From Bacilli bacterium (GTDB lineage Bacteria; Bacillota_I; Bacilli_A; RF39; UBA660), in NCBI GenBank assembly GCA_017450205.1, contig JAFSVF010000028.1:1588-65587 (forward strand): 64,000 nucleotides of DNA. Direction: 5' to 3'. Both the position numbers and the translations under genes were made by a program. The notes below the pieces were generated by a model. It was not told the DNA's origin, did no database searches, and worked only from the letters and a program-made list of their open reading frames with translations. This document shows, one piece after another, positions 36,291 through 46,044 of the stretch. Position 1 is the stretch's first letter. Every line of letters starts with the position of its first letter.

Positions 36291-37598
36291 CTAGAAAGGC
36301 ATCTTCATATTTCCGTTTCCAACCCTTTTCATTACATCTTTCATTTGTTCAAATTGTTTTAATAATCTATTAACTTCTTCAACACTTCTTGCAGAACCTT
36401 TAGCAATTCTTTGTTTTCTAGTCATTTTTAAAACTTCTGGATGTTTTCTTTCATAAGGAGTCATAGATTGAATAATAGCTTCAATATGAGCCATATCTTT
36501 TGGATTAATATTAATTGAATTTAATCCCATCTTTCTTGCACCTGGCATCATTTTAATTAAATTTTCTAGAGGTCCTAATTTTTTAATTTGTGCCATAGTA
36601 TTAAGAAAATCATCTAAATTAAATTCGCCTTTTCTCATTTTCTTAGCTAAATCTTTAGCATCATCTTCTGAATATATTCCTTCTACTTTCTCAGCAATAG
36701 ATAGAATATCACCCATATCAAGAATTCTTTCAGCCATTCTTTCAGGATAGAATTCACTTAATCCATCCATCTTTTCAGAATCTCCAACAAACTTAATAGG
36801 AACATTAGTTAAATGTCTTACTGATAAAGCAACACCACCTTTAGTATTACCATCCATCTTAGTAAGAATTGCTCCAGTTAAATTTAATTTATCATTAAAT
36901 CCATTAATTACATTAATAGCATCTTGACCCATCATAGCATCAATAACTAATAAAACTTCATGTGGTTTAAATTCAGTTTCAATATCTACAAGTTCATCCA
37001 TTAACTTTTCATCAATTTGAAGTCTACCTGCAGTATCTATAATAATATAATTATGATTATTTTCTTTAGCATATTTTAAAGCGTTTCTAATAATTTCATT
37101 AGGATTCTTCTTACCTTCTTCATATACTGTAATTCCTAAACTTTTACCAACTTCTTTTAATTGATCAATAGCAGCTGGTCTATAAATATCACAAGCTACT
37201 AAAAGTGGATTCTTTTTATATTTCTTTCTAACTAAATTAGAAATCTTTCCACAAGCAGTTGTTTTACCTGAACCTTGTAAACCAACTAACATAATAATAG
37301 TTGGATTCTTAGTAATCTCAAGTGGAGCAGCTTCTCCACCAAGAAGTTCTACTAATTCATCTTTAACTAATTTTATAAAAACTTCTTCTGGCTTAAGTGA
37401 TTTTTCTACATCTAAACCCAAAGCTTTTTCTTTAACATTTTTAACAAATGCTTTTACTACTTCATAGTTAACGTCTGCTTCAAGTAAAGCCATACGTATT
37501 TCTCTCATTGCATCACCAATATTATCTTCAGTGATACGCCCCATTCCTTTTATGTTTTTGATAGCATTTGATAATCTATCCCCCATAAATTCAAACAT
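36291..37598 (-). CDS. ffh: Signal recognition particle protein Ffh
   Basis: The NG domain carries GLQGSGKTTACGK, DTAGR and TKMDG. The Met-rich M domain carries MMPGARKMG. Confidence 0.95.
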   Translation of the reverse strand: MFEFMGDRLSNAIKNIKGMGRITEDNIGDAMREIRMALLEADVNYEVVKAFVKNVKEKALGLDVEKSLKPEEVFIKLVKDELVELLGGEAAPLEITKNPTIIMLVGLQGSGKTTACGKISNLVRKKYKKNPLLVACDIYRPAAIDQLKEVGKSLGITVYEEGKKNPNEIIRNALKYAKENNHNYIIIDTAGRLQIDEKLMDELVDIETEFKPHEVLLVIDAMMGQDAINVINGFNDKLNLTGAILTKMDGNTKGGVALSVRHLTNVPIKFVGDSEKMDGLSEFYPERMAERILDMGDILSIAEKVEGIYSEDDAKDLAKKMRKGEFNLDDFLNTMAQIKKLGPLENLIKMMPGARKMGLNSININPKDMAHIEAIIQSMTPYERKHPEVLKMTRKQRIAKGSARSVEEVNRLLKQFEQMKDVMKRVGNGNMKMPF

Positions 37599-37611
37599 TT
37601 ATAAAACCTCC

Positions 37612-38364
37612 CTAATCATAATCAATAATCCATGCTGTACAAGTTAAAGAAGAAGATCTTCTATAAACGCCAACACCTAAGTAAGAATATTTGTTATCTA
37701 AAATAGTATTATTAACTAAATTATTATAAAAATAATCTAAATTATATCTACCAGTTTCATCATAATAAACCCTGTAAGTTAATTGATATTCATTATCAAC
37801 TAATTCTTTAGTAGCACTCTTACATGTACCAGGTGCTTCACAGCAAACATCTGCAATTCTTTCAGCAGCAGTTCTAAGTTCTGCAGCTACTTTATATTTA
37901 TTACTTCTATTACTATTAATTTTATTAACTAATTGCCATTCCATATTATTATCAGCATTACTATAAGATGATGCATCATTTTGACCTATTACAGTATAAG
38001 TATATGTTGGAATATTGCTGCTAGAGCCTCCTCCACTACTTTGAGTTTTTTTTGTAGTTTTAGTTCCATCGCTATTTTTCTTTGTTGTAGTTGTTGTAGT
38101 AGTCGTAGTACTAGTAGTTGTTTCAGTCGTGGTTGCTTCAGTTGTATTACTTCCTGTTGTAAATTCGCTTGTACTTGAAACTTCTTCACTAACTTCTTCA
38201 CTTAAAGTTCTTCTAGTAGTAACATCCATCTCTTCTGGTTTCTTATTACCATTCTTTATAACTAAAATAATAATTATAAAAACTAGTATTGCTAAAGCAA
38301 CTAATGAAGCAACAACAATTTTCAAAATTAATATTTGTTTTGAATCATCATCCATACTAATCAC
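37612..38364 (-). CDS. Membrane-anchored protein with Thr/Ser-rich linker and a possible CAP/SCP-like C-terminal domain
   Basis: TM (ILILKIVVASLVALAILVFIIIILVI). The low-complexity linker is TTGSNTTEATTTETTTSTTTTTTTTTKK...SSGGGSSS. The C-terminal ~130 aa contain WQLVNKINSNR...AAELRTAAERIA, which resembles CAP/YkwD N-terminal helices only weakly. Confidence 0.4.
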   Translation of the reverse strand: MISMDDDSKQILILKIVVASLVALAILVFIIIILVIKNGNKKPEEMDVTTRRTLSEEVSEEVSSTSEFTTGSNTTEATTTETTTSTTTTTTTTTKKNSDGTKTTKKTQSSGGGSSSNIPTYTYTVIGQNDASSYSNADNNMEWQLVNKINSNRSNKYKVAAELRTAAERIADVCCEAPGTCKSATKELVDNEYQLTYRVYYDETGRYNLDYFYNNLVNNTILDNKYSYLGVGVYRRSSSLTCTAWIIDYD

Positions 38365-38372
38365 CAGTTTAA

Positions 38373-39293
38373 TTATAACATTCTTTTTAGTCTTTTATCT
38401 ACAACAATAGGACTTATAATTTTATTTTTAACTTCTGGTAATTCGATAATTGGAATATCTTTTATATTTTTAAATAAATTCCACTTTCTATTTAATTCTT
38501 GAGATAAATCTAGATTATCTTCAATACAATTAATAATATCTTCTTCAGTTAAATAATATAACGATTCATAATCTACAATTTCTAACTTTATTGAAAGTCT
38601 AACAATATCTGCAAGTAATTGCATCATATAATTATCATTATTTGAATGAGTAATTTCATTTATTTCATCATTTAAATCAGAAAATCTTTTTGCATACTTT
38701 TCACTTTTAAAAGCAATTTCATCTTGATTAGATTCATTCTTTACAAGAATTAAATCGTTAATAATATCTTTACTAGTTTCACCATCAATTGACTTAGTCC
38801 AATTAATACCACTACAGATAGTACCATCTAATCTATCAGCACATAATGCAGGTCTATCTAAATCAACTAAAGAATACTTTTTAAAATCAGCTATCTCTTG
38901 TAATGAAATATTATCTTCTTTTAAACATTTTTTTAATCCAATTGAACTCATTAATATTTCTAAAGTCTTTTCTTCAGTACTTTCTTGTTTAATATAATCT
39001 TTATTCATGTAATCAATTACATGTGAAAATACTGGCGTAGATATATCATGAAAAAGACCTGCTAAAGTAGCTCTTTTATCATGAGTTAACTTCCATACAA
39101 TTAAAGCAACATCTAATGAATGATCATATCTCGAAATATAACATTTAAAATTATAAGCATATTTAGAAGCATAATCCATACCACATAAAAGAGATATACC
39201 TTTAAGTCTTTTAACAATATCTAAATCTAAATACTTTTTTAAAAATTCAGGAGTATCTCCAAGGGATTCTTTATATATTAAATAATCTTTCAT
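38373..39293 (-). CDS. HD-domain protein
   Basis: RYDHSLDVALIV and LAGLFHDISTPVFSH form an HD-superfamily H...HD pattern. Confidence 0.65.
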   Translation of the reverse strand: MKDYLIYKESLGDTPEFLKKYLDLDIVKRLKGISLLCGMDYASKYAYNFKCYISRYDHSLDVALIVWKLTHDKRATLAGLFHDISTPVFSHVIDYMNKDYIKQESTEEKTLEILMSSIGLKKCLKEDNISLQEIADFKKYSLVDLDRPALCADRLDGTICSGINWTKSIDGETSKDIINDLILVKNESNQDEIAFKSEKYAKRFSDLNDEINEITHSNNDNYMMQLLADIVRLSIKLEIVDYESLYYLTEEDIINCIEDNLDLSQELNRKWNLFKNIKDIPIIELPEVKNKIISPIVVDKRLKRML

Positions 39294-39369
39294 AAACCCT
39301 CCTTTATTAGTTATCTATTATACATAAAAAAACTTAAATAAAAAAGAAAAATAACAGGTAATTAACCTG

Positions 39370-42237
39370 TTATTCAGCAATTTCTAAGTTTTGTACGATT
39401 ACTTGATACTTATCATTTCTTCTTTCAACTCTAGCTTTAACTTTTATAATATTTTTTTCTTTTACATTATCAAGTAATTTGAATTGATCAGAGAACACTA
39501 TAGCTTCTCCAATACCAGTTTCATCTTCATAAGTAATAAATGCCATATCAGTATTATTTTTAGTTTTAATTTTAGATATTCTGTTAACTAAAACAGTCAT
39601 ATCTATTATCTTATTAAAGTACTTACTAATATCCATTTGCTTAACTGTATTATATTTACAACATGGATGTTTATTAATAAAGAATCCATATAAATCTAAT
39701 TCTTTTTTTATTAAATCACTATCATCATATTCATCTACGTTTATAAGTTCTGGTTTTTGAACTAAATCACTAGATAAAGTTTGTATTAATTCACCATATG
39801 TGATTAAAGAATCTAAGTTTCTTATAAGAGTACTTCTAGCAATATTAAGTGAGTCAAATATTCCAGCTTCGATTAAAGTAGTTAATATTTTTTTACTTAT
39901 TCCTTTTACTCTTCCAAAGAAATCATATATATCACTGTAATTTTTATTACCTCTAGCATCAATTATAATCTTACAAATATTTTCAGTAATTCCTTTAATT
40001 GCTTTAAAAGGAAGAATGATTTTTTCTCCATCTATAACATAATCAACACTTGATTTATTAATATCAGGTTTTAAGAATTCAATTCCTTTTGCTTTAGCTT
40101 CATTAATTATTAAACTACTCTTAGCACCGTATCCTAAAGAAACTAAATAAAAGTATAATGGATAATTAGCTTTTAAATAAGCCATTTGATAAGCAATATA
40201 TGAATAAGCAACTGAATGTGATTTATTAAATCCATAATCCGCGAATTCAACAATCATATCATATACTTTTTCTATTTTTTCTTTATCATAACCATTCTTA
40301 ACTGATGATTCTATAAATTTTTGTTTACTTGATTCAATAATATCTATTTTCTTTTTACTAATAGCTCTTCTTATTAAATCGGCTTCACTAAATGAGTATC
40401 CTGCAAGTTTTCTAAATACTTCCATAACTTGTTCTTGGTAAATCATAATACCATAAGTTTCTTCTAAGATTGGTTTTAAATCATCAATGATATATTCTAT
40501 TTTTTTACCATTATTTTTTCTATCTAAGTAAAGAGGTATTTGTGTCATTGGACCAGGTCTATTAATAGCAAGTGTCATAACTAGATCTTTAAACTCTTTA
40601 ACTTTAGCTTTTCTTAAATAATTCTTCATCATAGGAGTCTTTATTTGGAATACTCCACTTGTATCTCCATTAGAAATAAGTTCATAAGTTTTCTTATCAC
40701 AAAGATCTAAATAATTTAAATTTATCTCTTTACCTGTATGTTCTTTAATAAGTTCATTTACTTTTCTAACAATAGTTAAATCAGTAACACTTAAAAAGTC
40801 CATCTTTAATATACCTAAAGACTCTAACTCATCTTTTTGATATCCAGAAAGATATACATCTCCATTTTTAACTACCGGAATATTTTCAGTTAGATCCTCA
40901 TCACTAATAACAATACCTGCAGCATGAACAGTGATTCTTGATTTTAATCCTTCAAGATATTTTGAATCTTCATATACTTTTCTTAAAGAAGAATTTCTTT
41001 TAACAATACTCGCTACTTCACTATTATTTAAATTATTTTTTAAGCTTAACTTAGAATCTAAAACTTTAGTAAGTGATTCAATTGCACCTTCATCTATATT
41101 ATTAAGTTTAGCAACTGTTCTTATAACATCTTTAGCAGTAAAAGTACCATAAGCAATTATATTAGATACTTTATTCTTTCCATAAGTATCTCTTACATAA
41201 TCAATTACTTCTTCTCTTCTCTCATCCTCAAAGTCAACATCAATATCAGGCATTGTTACTCTTTCAGGATTTAAAAATCTTTCAAAAATAAGTCCATACT
41301 TAATTGGATCAATCCAAGATATTCCTAAAGAATAAGAAACTAAAGAACCAACTGCAGATCCTCTTCCACAACCTACAAATATCTTATTCTTTAAAGCATA
41401 TCTTACATAATCAAATACTATTAAAAAATAATCAACATAACCCATTTTATTAATAATATCTAACTCATAATTCAATCTATCTTCATATTCTTTAGTTATA
41501 TTATTATTAAGTCTTTTATTTAATCCTTTAAAAGATAATTCTTTTAAATAAGTAAATGAATCTCCTTCACATTTAAACTTAGGAATATGATTTTTATCTT
41601 TCTTAAATTCAATATTTATTTTATTAACAAAATCACTACAATCTATTCTCAAATTTTTAAAAATATTATCAGAATAATCTTTAAATTCATATTCACCAAG
41701 TTTAAGTCCTTTATCAATCATATTTAAATAATTAATATACCAAGAAGCTTCTTTAGTAAAAGCTAAAGTATCATTTATATAAATATAATTATTAGTTAAT
41801 TTAGACACACTATCTAATTCCCTTTTATTCTTATAAGATAAATAGACATCATCATAAATAGAACTTAATACTTTAAAACTATTAATAGATTCATATGGAA
41901 TAACACATATAATATTATCCTTAAATTTTTCTAAATCATTTATTTTAATTTCATTTTCAATTGAATACTTTTCTAATTTAAAAAGCAACTTTAATCCATC
42001 AAAATTAATTGGATATAAAAACAATCTAATATTATCAATAGTTTTATCTAATCCAACTACACCTTTTATACCATTCTTTTTACATCCTTCAATAAATAAA
42101 TGAGAAGAATTTAAATTATCATCAAGTATACCTAATGCTTGAATATTATTCTTTTTAGCATAAATAAATAAATCATCTAATTTAATAAGACTTTTAAATA
42201 AACTAAAATCGGTTTTAATGCCAAGATTAACAAACAT
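39370..42237 (-). CDS. dnaE: DNA polymerase III alpha subunit, DnaE type
   Basis: PDIDVDF, GRGSAVGSLVSY, MDFLSV(T), NRPGP, FNKSHS and a C-terminal OB fold. The track starts at 42252. ATG 42237 gives the canonical MFVxL N-terminus. Confidence 0.9.
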   Translation of the reverse strand: MFVNLGIKTDFSLFKSLIKLDDLFIYAKKNNIQALGILDDNLNSSHLFIEGCKKNGIKGVVGLDKTIDNIRLFLYPINFDGLKLLFKLEKYSIENEIKINDLEKFKDNIICVIPYESINSFKVLSSIYDDVYLSYKNKRELDSVSKLTNNYIYINDTLAFTKEASWYINYLNMIDKGLKLGEYEFKDYSDNIFKNLRIDCSDFVNKINIEFKKDKNHIPKFKCEGDSFTYLKELSFKGLNKRLNNNITKEYEDRLNYELDIINKMGYVDYFLIVFDYVRYALKNKIFVGCGRGSAVGSLVSYSLGISWIDPIKYGLIFERFLNPERVTMPDIDVDFEDERREEVIDYVRDTYGKNKVSNIIAYGTFTAKDVIRTVAKLNNIDEGAIESLTKVLDSKLSLKNNLNNSEVASIVKRNSSLRKVYEDSKYLEGLKSRITVHAAGIVISDEDLTENIPVVKNGDVYLSGYQKDELESLGILKMDFLSVTDLTIVRKVNELIKEHTGKEINLNYLDLCDKKTYELISNGDTSGVFQIKTPMMKNYLRKAKVKEFKDLVMTLAINRPGPMTQIPLYLDRKNNGKKIEYIIDDLKPILEETYGIMIYQEQVMEVFRKLAGYSFSEADLIRRAISKKKIDIIESSKQKFIESSVKNGYDKEKIEKVYDMIVEFADYGFNKSHSVAYSYIAYQMAYLKANYPLYFYLVSLGYGAKSSLIINEAKAKGIEFLKPDINKSSVDYVIDGEKIILPFKAIKGITENICKIIIDARGNKNYSDIYDFFGRVKGISKKILTTLIEAGIFDSLNIARSTLIRNLDSLITYGELIQTLSSDLVQKPELINVDEYDDSDLIKKELDLYGFFINKHPCCKYNTVKQMDISKYFNKIIDMTVLVNRISKIKTKNNTDMAFITYEDETGIGEAIVFSDQFKLLDNVKEKNIIKVKARVERRNDKYQVIVQNLEIAE

Positions 42238-42294
42238 ATTATCACCATCCAAACATTAGTTCTCTTTAAACAATTATACTATAGCGTTTTTTAA

Positions 42295-42323
42295 TTGACA
42301 ACGTTGAATTTGTGTAATAATAT
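42295..42323 (+). promoter_or_regulatory. Putative sigma-A promoter for 42346-43440
   Basis: TTGACA (42295-42300), a 17-nt spacer, then TAATAT (42318-42323). The TTG used as ORF start in the track is the first three bases of this -35 hexamer. Confidence 0.45.
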
Positions 42324-42345
42324 ACAATTAAATTTGGAGGATGTT

Positions 42346-43440
42346 ATGAAAGAAAATAAAGGATTGTTAAATAATAAATACTATAGTCAATTATTTGAAT
42401 TATTAAAATTATATAATGGTGTTGAAAGCATATACATAAAATTAGCAGATTTAGAAAAAAACGGTCAAAAAGATTCTAAAGAATATTCTGACCTAGTAGA
42501 TTTATTAAATTCAGTTTTAGAAATAGAAAAAAATAAATTCTTAAAATTTGATAACCTAACATCAAAAGAAATGCAAGATGCAATTAAATACATTTGTATT
42601 TCTCAAGGTGAAGAAGAAAATGAATTAGTTGATAAAACAAGATATTACCAAATTAGAAAAGTTAAAAGATTAATATCAAGAATTAGAGATTACACTTATT
42701 TGAGAAACGATTCATATGATTTAGAACCTGCTGATGAAATCGATGAAAATAAAACATTTACATTTAATGCAACAAATGGAATGCGTCTTCAAGTAAAATT
42801 ATCTGACTTAAAAGCTCTTGGTTTTACATATGAAGATCCAAATGAAGAAGATGAAGAAGAAAAAAATGAAGAACGTTTAGAATCTATAAGAGTAACAAAT
42901 CAAGCATTCTATTATAAAGAAAAAATAATAAATGCAAACTTCTATAAATTAATCGAAGATGAAATTGAAAAAACAGAAAATGAAGAAGATAGAAATACAT
43001 TAATAGATTATAAATATAGTTTAATATTTAATAGCATTTCATTAGAAACAGCATTTGCTAAAGGTAAAAATATAAGTGAACAAACATCTTTTTATAAATA
43101 TGCGGTTGAAGAATTTATCAAAATGTATCCATATGAATATGAAAATAACTATTCAAATCTAATCGAAGATGAAGCTGAAAGAAGAATCCAAGAAATAATA
43201 AGTAAAGAATATAGTGATCAAATACCTAACGAAAATGAAGCATTTGAAGACAAAATGGACCTATTATATTTTAAAGCATTAATTGCTTCATTAAACGATA
43301 ATTTTGAATACGATAGAATTAAAGAATATGCAAATATCGCAAATGAAGAAGTAGAAAATCCTATTCAAGAAAACAATATAAATGAAATAAAAGAAATAAT
43401 TGAAGAAACAGAGCTAAAACTACAAAAAAAGTTGACTTAA
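42346..43440 (+). CDS. Hypothetical acidic, helical protein (364 aa)
   Basis: ATG 42346 lies 5 nt after GGAGG (42336-42340). The protein is Glu/Asp/Asn-rich with no TM. I recognised no family. Confidence 0.5.
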   Translation: MKENKGLLNNKYYSQLFELLKLYNGVESIYIKLADLEKNGQKDSKEYSDLVDLLNSVLEIEKNKFLKFDNLTSKEMQDAIKYICISQGEEENELVDKTRYYQIRKVKRLISRIRDYTYLRNDSYDLEPADEIDENKTFTFNATNGMRLQVKLSDLKALGFTYEDPNEEDEEEKNEERLESIRVTNQAFYYKEKIINANFYKLIEDEIEKTENEEDRNTLIDYKYSLIFNSISLETAFAKGKNISEQTSFYKYAVEEFIKMYPYEYENNYSNLIEDEAERRIQEIISKEYSDQIPNENEAFEDKMDLLYFKALIASLNDNFEYDRIKEYANIANEEVENPIQENNINEIKEIIEETELKLQKKLT

Positions 43441-43461
43441 ACCCCTATAGTTTGGTATAAT
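43432..43461 (+). promoter_or_regulatory. Sigma-A promoter of rpmB (near-consensus, extended -10)
   Basis: TTGACT (43432-43437), an 18-nt spacer, then TGgTATAAT (43453-43461). The -35 hexamer lies inside the last codons (KKLT-stop) of the upstream ORF. Confidence 0.6.
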
Positions 43462-43490
43462 CAACTGGAATTGTTAAGGAGGGAAAAAAC

Positions 43491-43667
43491 ATGGCAGTTA
43501 AATTAACAGCAAGAAAAGGATTAACTGGAAACAGAAGAAGTCACGCCTTAAACGCTACTAAACATAAACAAAACTTAAACTTACAAACTAAAAAAGTTAA
43601 CGGAGTTAAAGTTACACTATCTAACCGTGAATGGAAAGCGTTAAACAAATATAATAAAGCAGCTTAA
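43491..43667 (+). CDS. rpmB: 50S ribosomal protein L28
   Basis: Not in the supplied track (58 codons). My own translation is MAVKLTARKGLTGNRRSHALNATKHKQNLNLQTKKVNGVKVTLSNREWKALNKYNKAA. The GNxxSHAxNxTK core and the basic composition match L28. AAGGAGGG lies 9 nt upstream of the ATG. Confidence 0.85.
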   Translation: MAVKLTARKGLTGNRRSHALNATKHKQNLNLQTKKVNGVKVTLSNREWKALNKYNKAA

Positions 43668-43681
43668 TAATATATAAATCA

Positions 43682-43706
43682 AGAGAAGTCAAACTTCTCT
43701 TTTTTT
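43682..43706 (+). terminator. Intrinsic terminator after rpmB
   Basis: AGAGAAG (43682-43688) - tcaaa - CTTCTCT (43694-43700), followed by six T. Confidence 0.8.
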
Positions 43707-43712
43707 ATTACC

Positions 43713-43740
43713 AAAAAAGAAGATGTTTTAACATCTTCTT
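43713..43740 (-). terminator. Intrinsic terminator after gltX
   Basis: 10-bp stem AAGAAGATGT (43717-43726) / ACATCTTCTT (43731-43740) with a 4-nt loop. A U-run follows on the minus transcript, and the stem overlaps the gltX stop codon. Confidence 0.7.
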
Positions 43741-45382
43741 ATAAATTATTAATTCTTTCTTCGATTCTTGTCTTTCCTAATAATCTAATAATTTCATATA
43801 AATCAGGAGTTTGATCTCTTGAAGTTAATGCTACTCTTATACATGTAGAAACATCAGCAACATTTCCTCTATATGCATCTGGATTAGCTTTATATTCTTT
43901 CATATTAGAAGTATAACCTTCCATTGAATCAGTTAATTCTTTAATTCTATTAAACCAAGTTTCTTTATCATCATCAGGATTATAATAATTTTCTACGTAA
44001 TTAGTAACTATAGATTTAATTTCATCCATATCATTTATTTTACCCCAAGCAAATTTAGTTGGTTTATAAATTTCATCAAACATATACCAAATAGCAGGTC
44101 TTACATCACTCCATTTAGCATAGTCTTTTCTTGGTTTCTTTTGTTCTCTTTCAATATTTAGAATTGCTTTTGTATAATCAACATCTTTATTAATTATTTC
44201 ATTAAATTCTTTATCATATTCTTTAGACCATTCATTTAATTGATCAAATACTTCATCTTTAGTAAGTCTTGAAATATAATTTTTAGAAATATTATCAAGT
44301 TTATCTAAATCATATAAGGCTCCACTTGGGCTCATCTTTTTAGCACTAAAATCAAAATCAGTAAATGGTGAATCAGGATGTCCTTCTCTCCAAGCTTCAT
44401 AGTTAGAGTTAGCAATTGTCATAATTGATTCAATTACTGAATAAATTGGATATCCATTTTCTTCATAGAAAGTCATTCTAGCTTCAGGATCTTTTCTCTT
44501 AGAAATTTTTCTAATTTGATCTCCATCTTTTTTAAGAATTAATGGTGTATGAACATACTTAGGCATTTTATAACCAAATGTCTTAAATAATTCATAATGA
44601 ACAGGTACCGAAGCCATCCATTCTTGTCCTCTAATAACATGAGTAGTTCTCATTAAATGATCATCTACTAAATGAGCAAAATGGTAAGTTGGAAGTTCAG
44701 TTGATGATTTATAAATTACAGTATCATTATCATTTTCATGTAATTTCATTTCACCATTAGCTAAATCATTAAAGATAAATGTATGATTAAAGTTACCTTC
44801 ACTTCTAAGTCTAACAGTATATTGTTCTCCTGCTTCAATTTTAGCTTTAGCCTCTTCAGGAGTTAAATTTCTACTCTTAGCAAACTTACCATAAATACCA
44901 ATTCTAACCTTTGCTTTAGCTTGATTATCTCTAATCTCAGCCATTTCTTCAGGAGTCATAAAGCATGGATATGCTTTACCTTCAGAAATTAATTCTTTAA
45001 TAAATACTTTATAAATATCTTTTCTTTCAGATTGAATATATGGACCATAATTACCTTTAGTTTCTCCACCTTTAATTTCATATTCATCAGGATTAAACTT
45101 ATAATGATCTAGAACATGCATAATATATTCAACTGCACCTTCTACTTCTCTTGCTTGGTCTGTATCTTCATTTCTTAAAAAGAAAACTCCATTGTTTCTC
45201 TTAGCAATAACATAATCAACAACTACTGAATAAAAGTTACCAATATGCATAAATCCAGTTGGACTTGGAGCATATCTTGTTACTACAGTTCCTTCTGGTC
45301 TTTCAGGATATTCTTTTTCTAAATCTGCAATTGTTTTAGTTATGTTAGGAAACATAAATTCTGCTAATTCTTTATTCGTCAT
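43739..45382 (-). CDS. gltX: Glutamate--tRNA ligase (long form)
   Basis: Class I motifs: RYAPSPTGFMHIGN (HIGH-type) and KISKRK (KMSKS-type). The track starts at GTG 45391, inside GAGGTGA. ATG 45382 (MTNKELAE) uses that sequence as its Shine-Dalgarno. Confidence 0.8.
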   Translation of the reverse strand: MTNKELAEFMFPNITKTIADLEKEYPERPEGTVVTRYAPSPTGFMHIGNFYSVVVDYVIAKRNNGVFFLRNEDTDQAREVEGAVEYIMHVLDHYKFNPDEYEIKGGETKGNYGPYIQSERKDIYKVFIKELISEGKAYPCFMTPEEMAEIRDNQAKAKVRIGIYGKFAKSRNLTPEEAKAKIEAGEQYTVRLRSEGNFNHTFIFNDLANGEMKLHENDNDTVIYKSSTELPTYHFAHLVDDHLMRTTHVIRGQEWMASVPVHYELFKTFGYKMPKYVHTPLILKKDGDQIRKISKRKDPEARMTFYEENGYPIYSVIESIMTIANSNYEAWREGHPDSPFTDFDFSAKKMSPSGALYDLDKLDNISKNYISRLTKDEVFDQLNEWSKEYDKEFNEIINKDVDYTKAILNIEREQKKPRKDYAKWSDVRPAIWYMFDEIYKPTKFAWGKINDMDEIKSIVTNYVENYYNPDDDKETWFNRIKELTDSMEGYTSNMKEYKANPDAYRGNVADVSTCIRVALTSRDQTPDLYEIIRLLGKTRIEERINNL

Positions 45383-45436
45383 AGAATTCACCTCGATAAA
45401 TAATTATAATATAAAAGATTCAAAATAACAAACATT

Positions 45437-46003
45437 TTAGTGTTCTTTTAGCGTTGATATCATATATTTAAATATTGCATTTAAATATATATTAAAATCA
45501 TCATTTTTATCTAAACTTTCAATAATTTCAAAATAGTTTTCACCTATTCTATAAAAACTATAATTATATGAATTATTCTCTATTTCATTTTCATGTAATT
45601 CATTATTCTTAGATAATTCATATTTAGTATTATAATCACTTTCAGATAATTTAATAATCTTAAAATAATTCTTTTTATTATTAATATCGCTAAATAATAC
45701 TGATGAATTACTTAATACATCATATCTTATATTATCTGAATCATAATTAATAGAAAAACCGAGATATGAATCCATCTTATCAATAACTACTTCAGTTGGT
45801 ATTCCATCCACATTAATAGTTATTTTATTAACTACTTCATAAGTAGATGTAGGTATACTAATATTCTCAGTTACTTTATCTAAACTTTTATCAATAACTT
45901 TTGTATTAATCGTACCATTATTAACAAATATAAAAAAAACAACTAAGAATGTAACAGAAAAAATAACTACTAAAAAATAATTAAAGTTAAACTTATCTTT
46001 CAT
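45437..46003 (-). CDS. Hypothetical membrane-anchored protein (188 aa)
   Basis: N-terminal TM (YFLVVIFSVTFLVVFFIFV). I recognised no family. Confidence 0.4.
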   Translation of the reverse strand: MKDKFNFNYFLVVIFSVTFLVVFFIFVNNGTINTKVIDKSLDKVTENISIPTSTYEVVNKITINVDGIPTEVVIDKMDSYLGFSINYDSDNIRYDVLSNSSVLFSDINNKKNYFKIIKLSESDYNTKYELSKNNELHENEIENNSYNYSFYRIGENYFEIIESLDKNDDFNIYLNAIFKYMISTLKEH

Positions 46004-46044
46004 AGTATCACCAACTTAATTTTAGCATAATAAAAAAATGGAGA

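Noticed and set aside
37981-38410. Three overlapping track ORFs and repetitive ACT/ACA/AGT triplets looked like a tandem repeat or a small repeat array.
   Set aside because: The repetition is the coding sequence of the Thr/Ser-rich linker of the 250-aa membrane protein (37612-38364). There is no spacer-repeat periodicity, and the extra ORFs are frame artefacts.
42295-42345. The track starts this ORF at TTG 42295, which adds 17 N-terminal residues (MTTLNLCNNIQLNLEDV).
   Set aside because: TTGACA at 42295-42300 is better explained as a -35 hexamer (17-nt spacer to TAATAT). GGAGG at 42336-42340 then serves ATG 42346. The same pattern, a GTG or ATG inside the Shine-Dalgarno of the real start, recurs at mtnN, valS, SAS, dnaE, gltX, ezrA, mutM, polA, the glucosaminidase and the ALDH gene.
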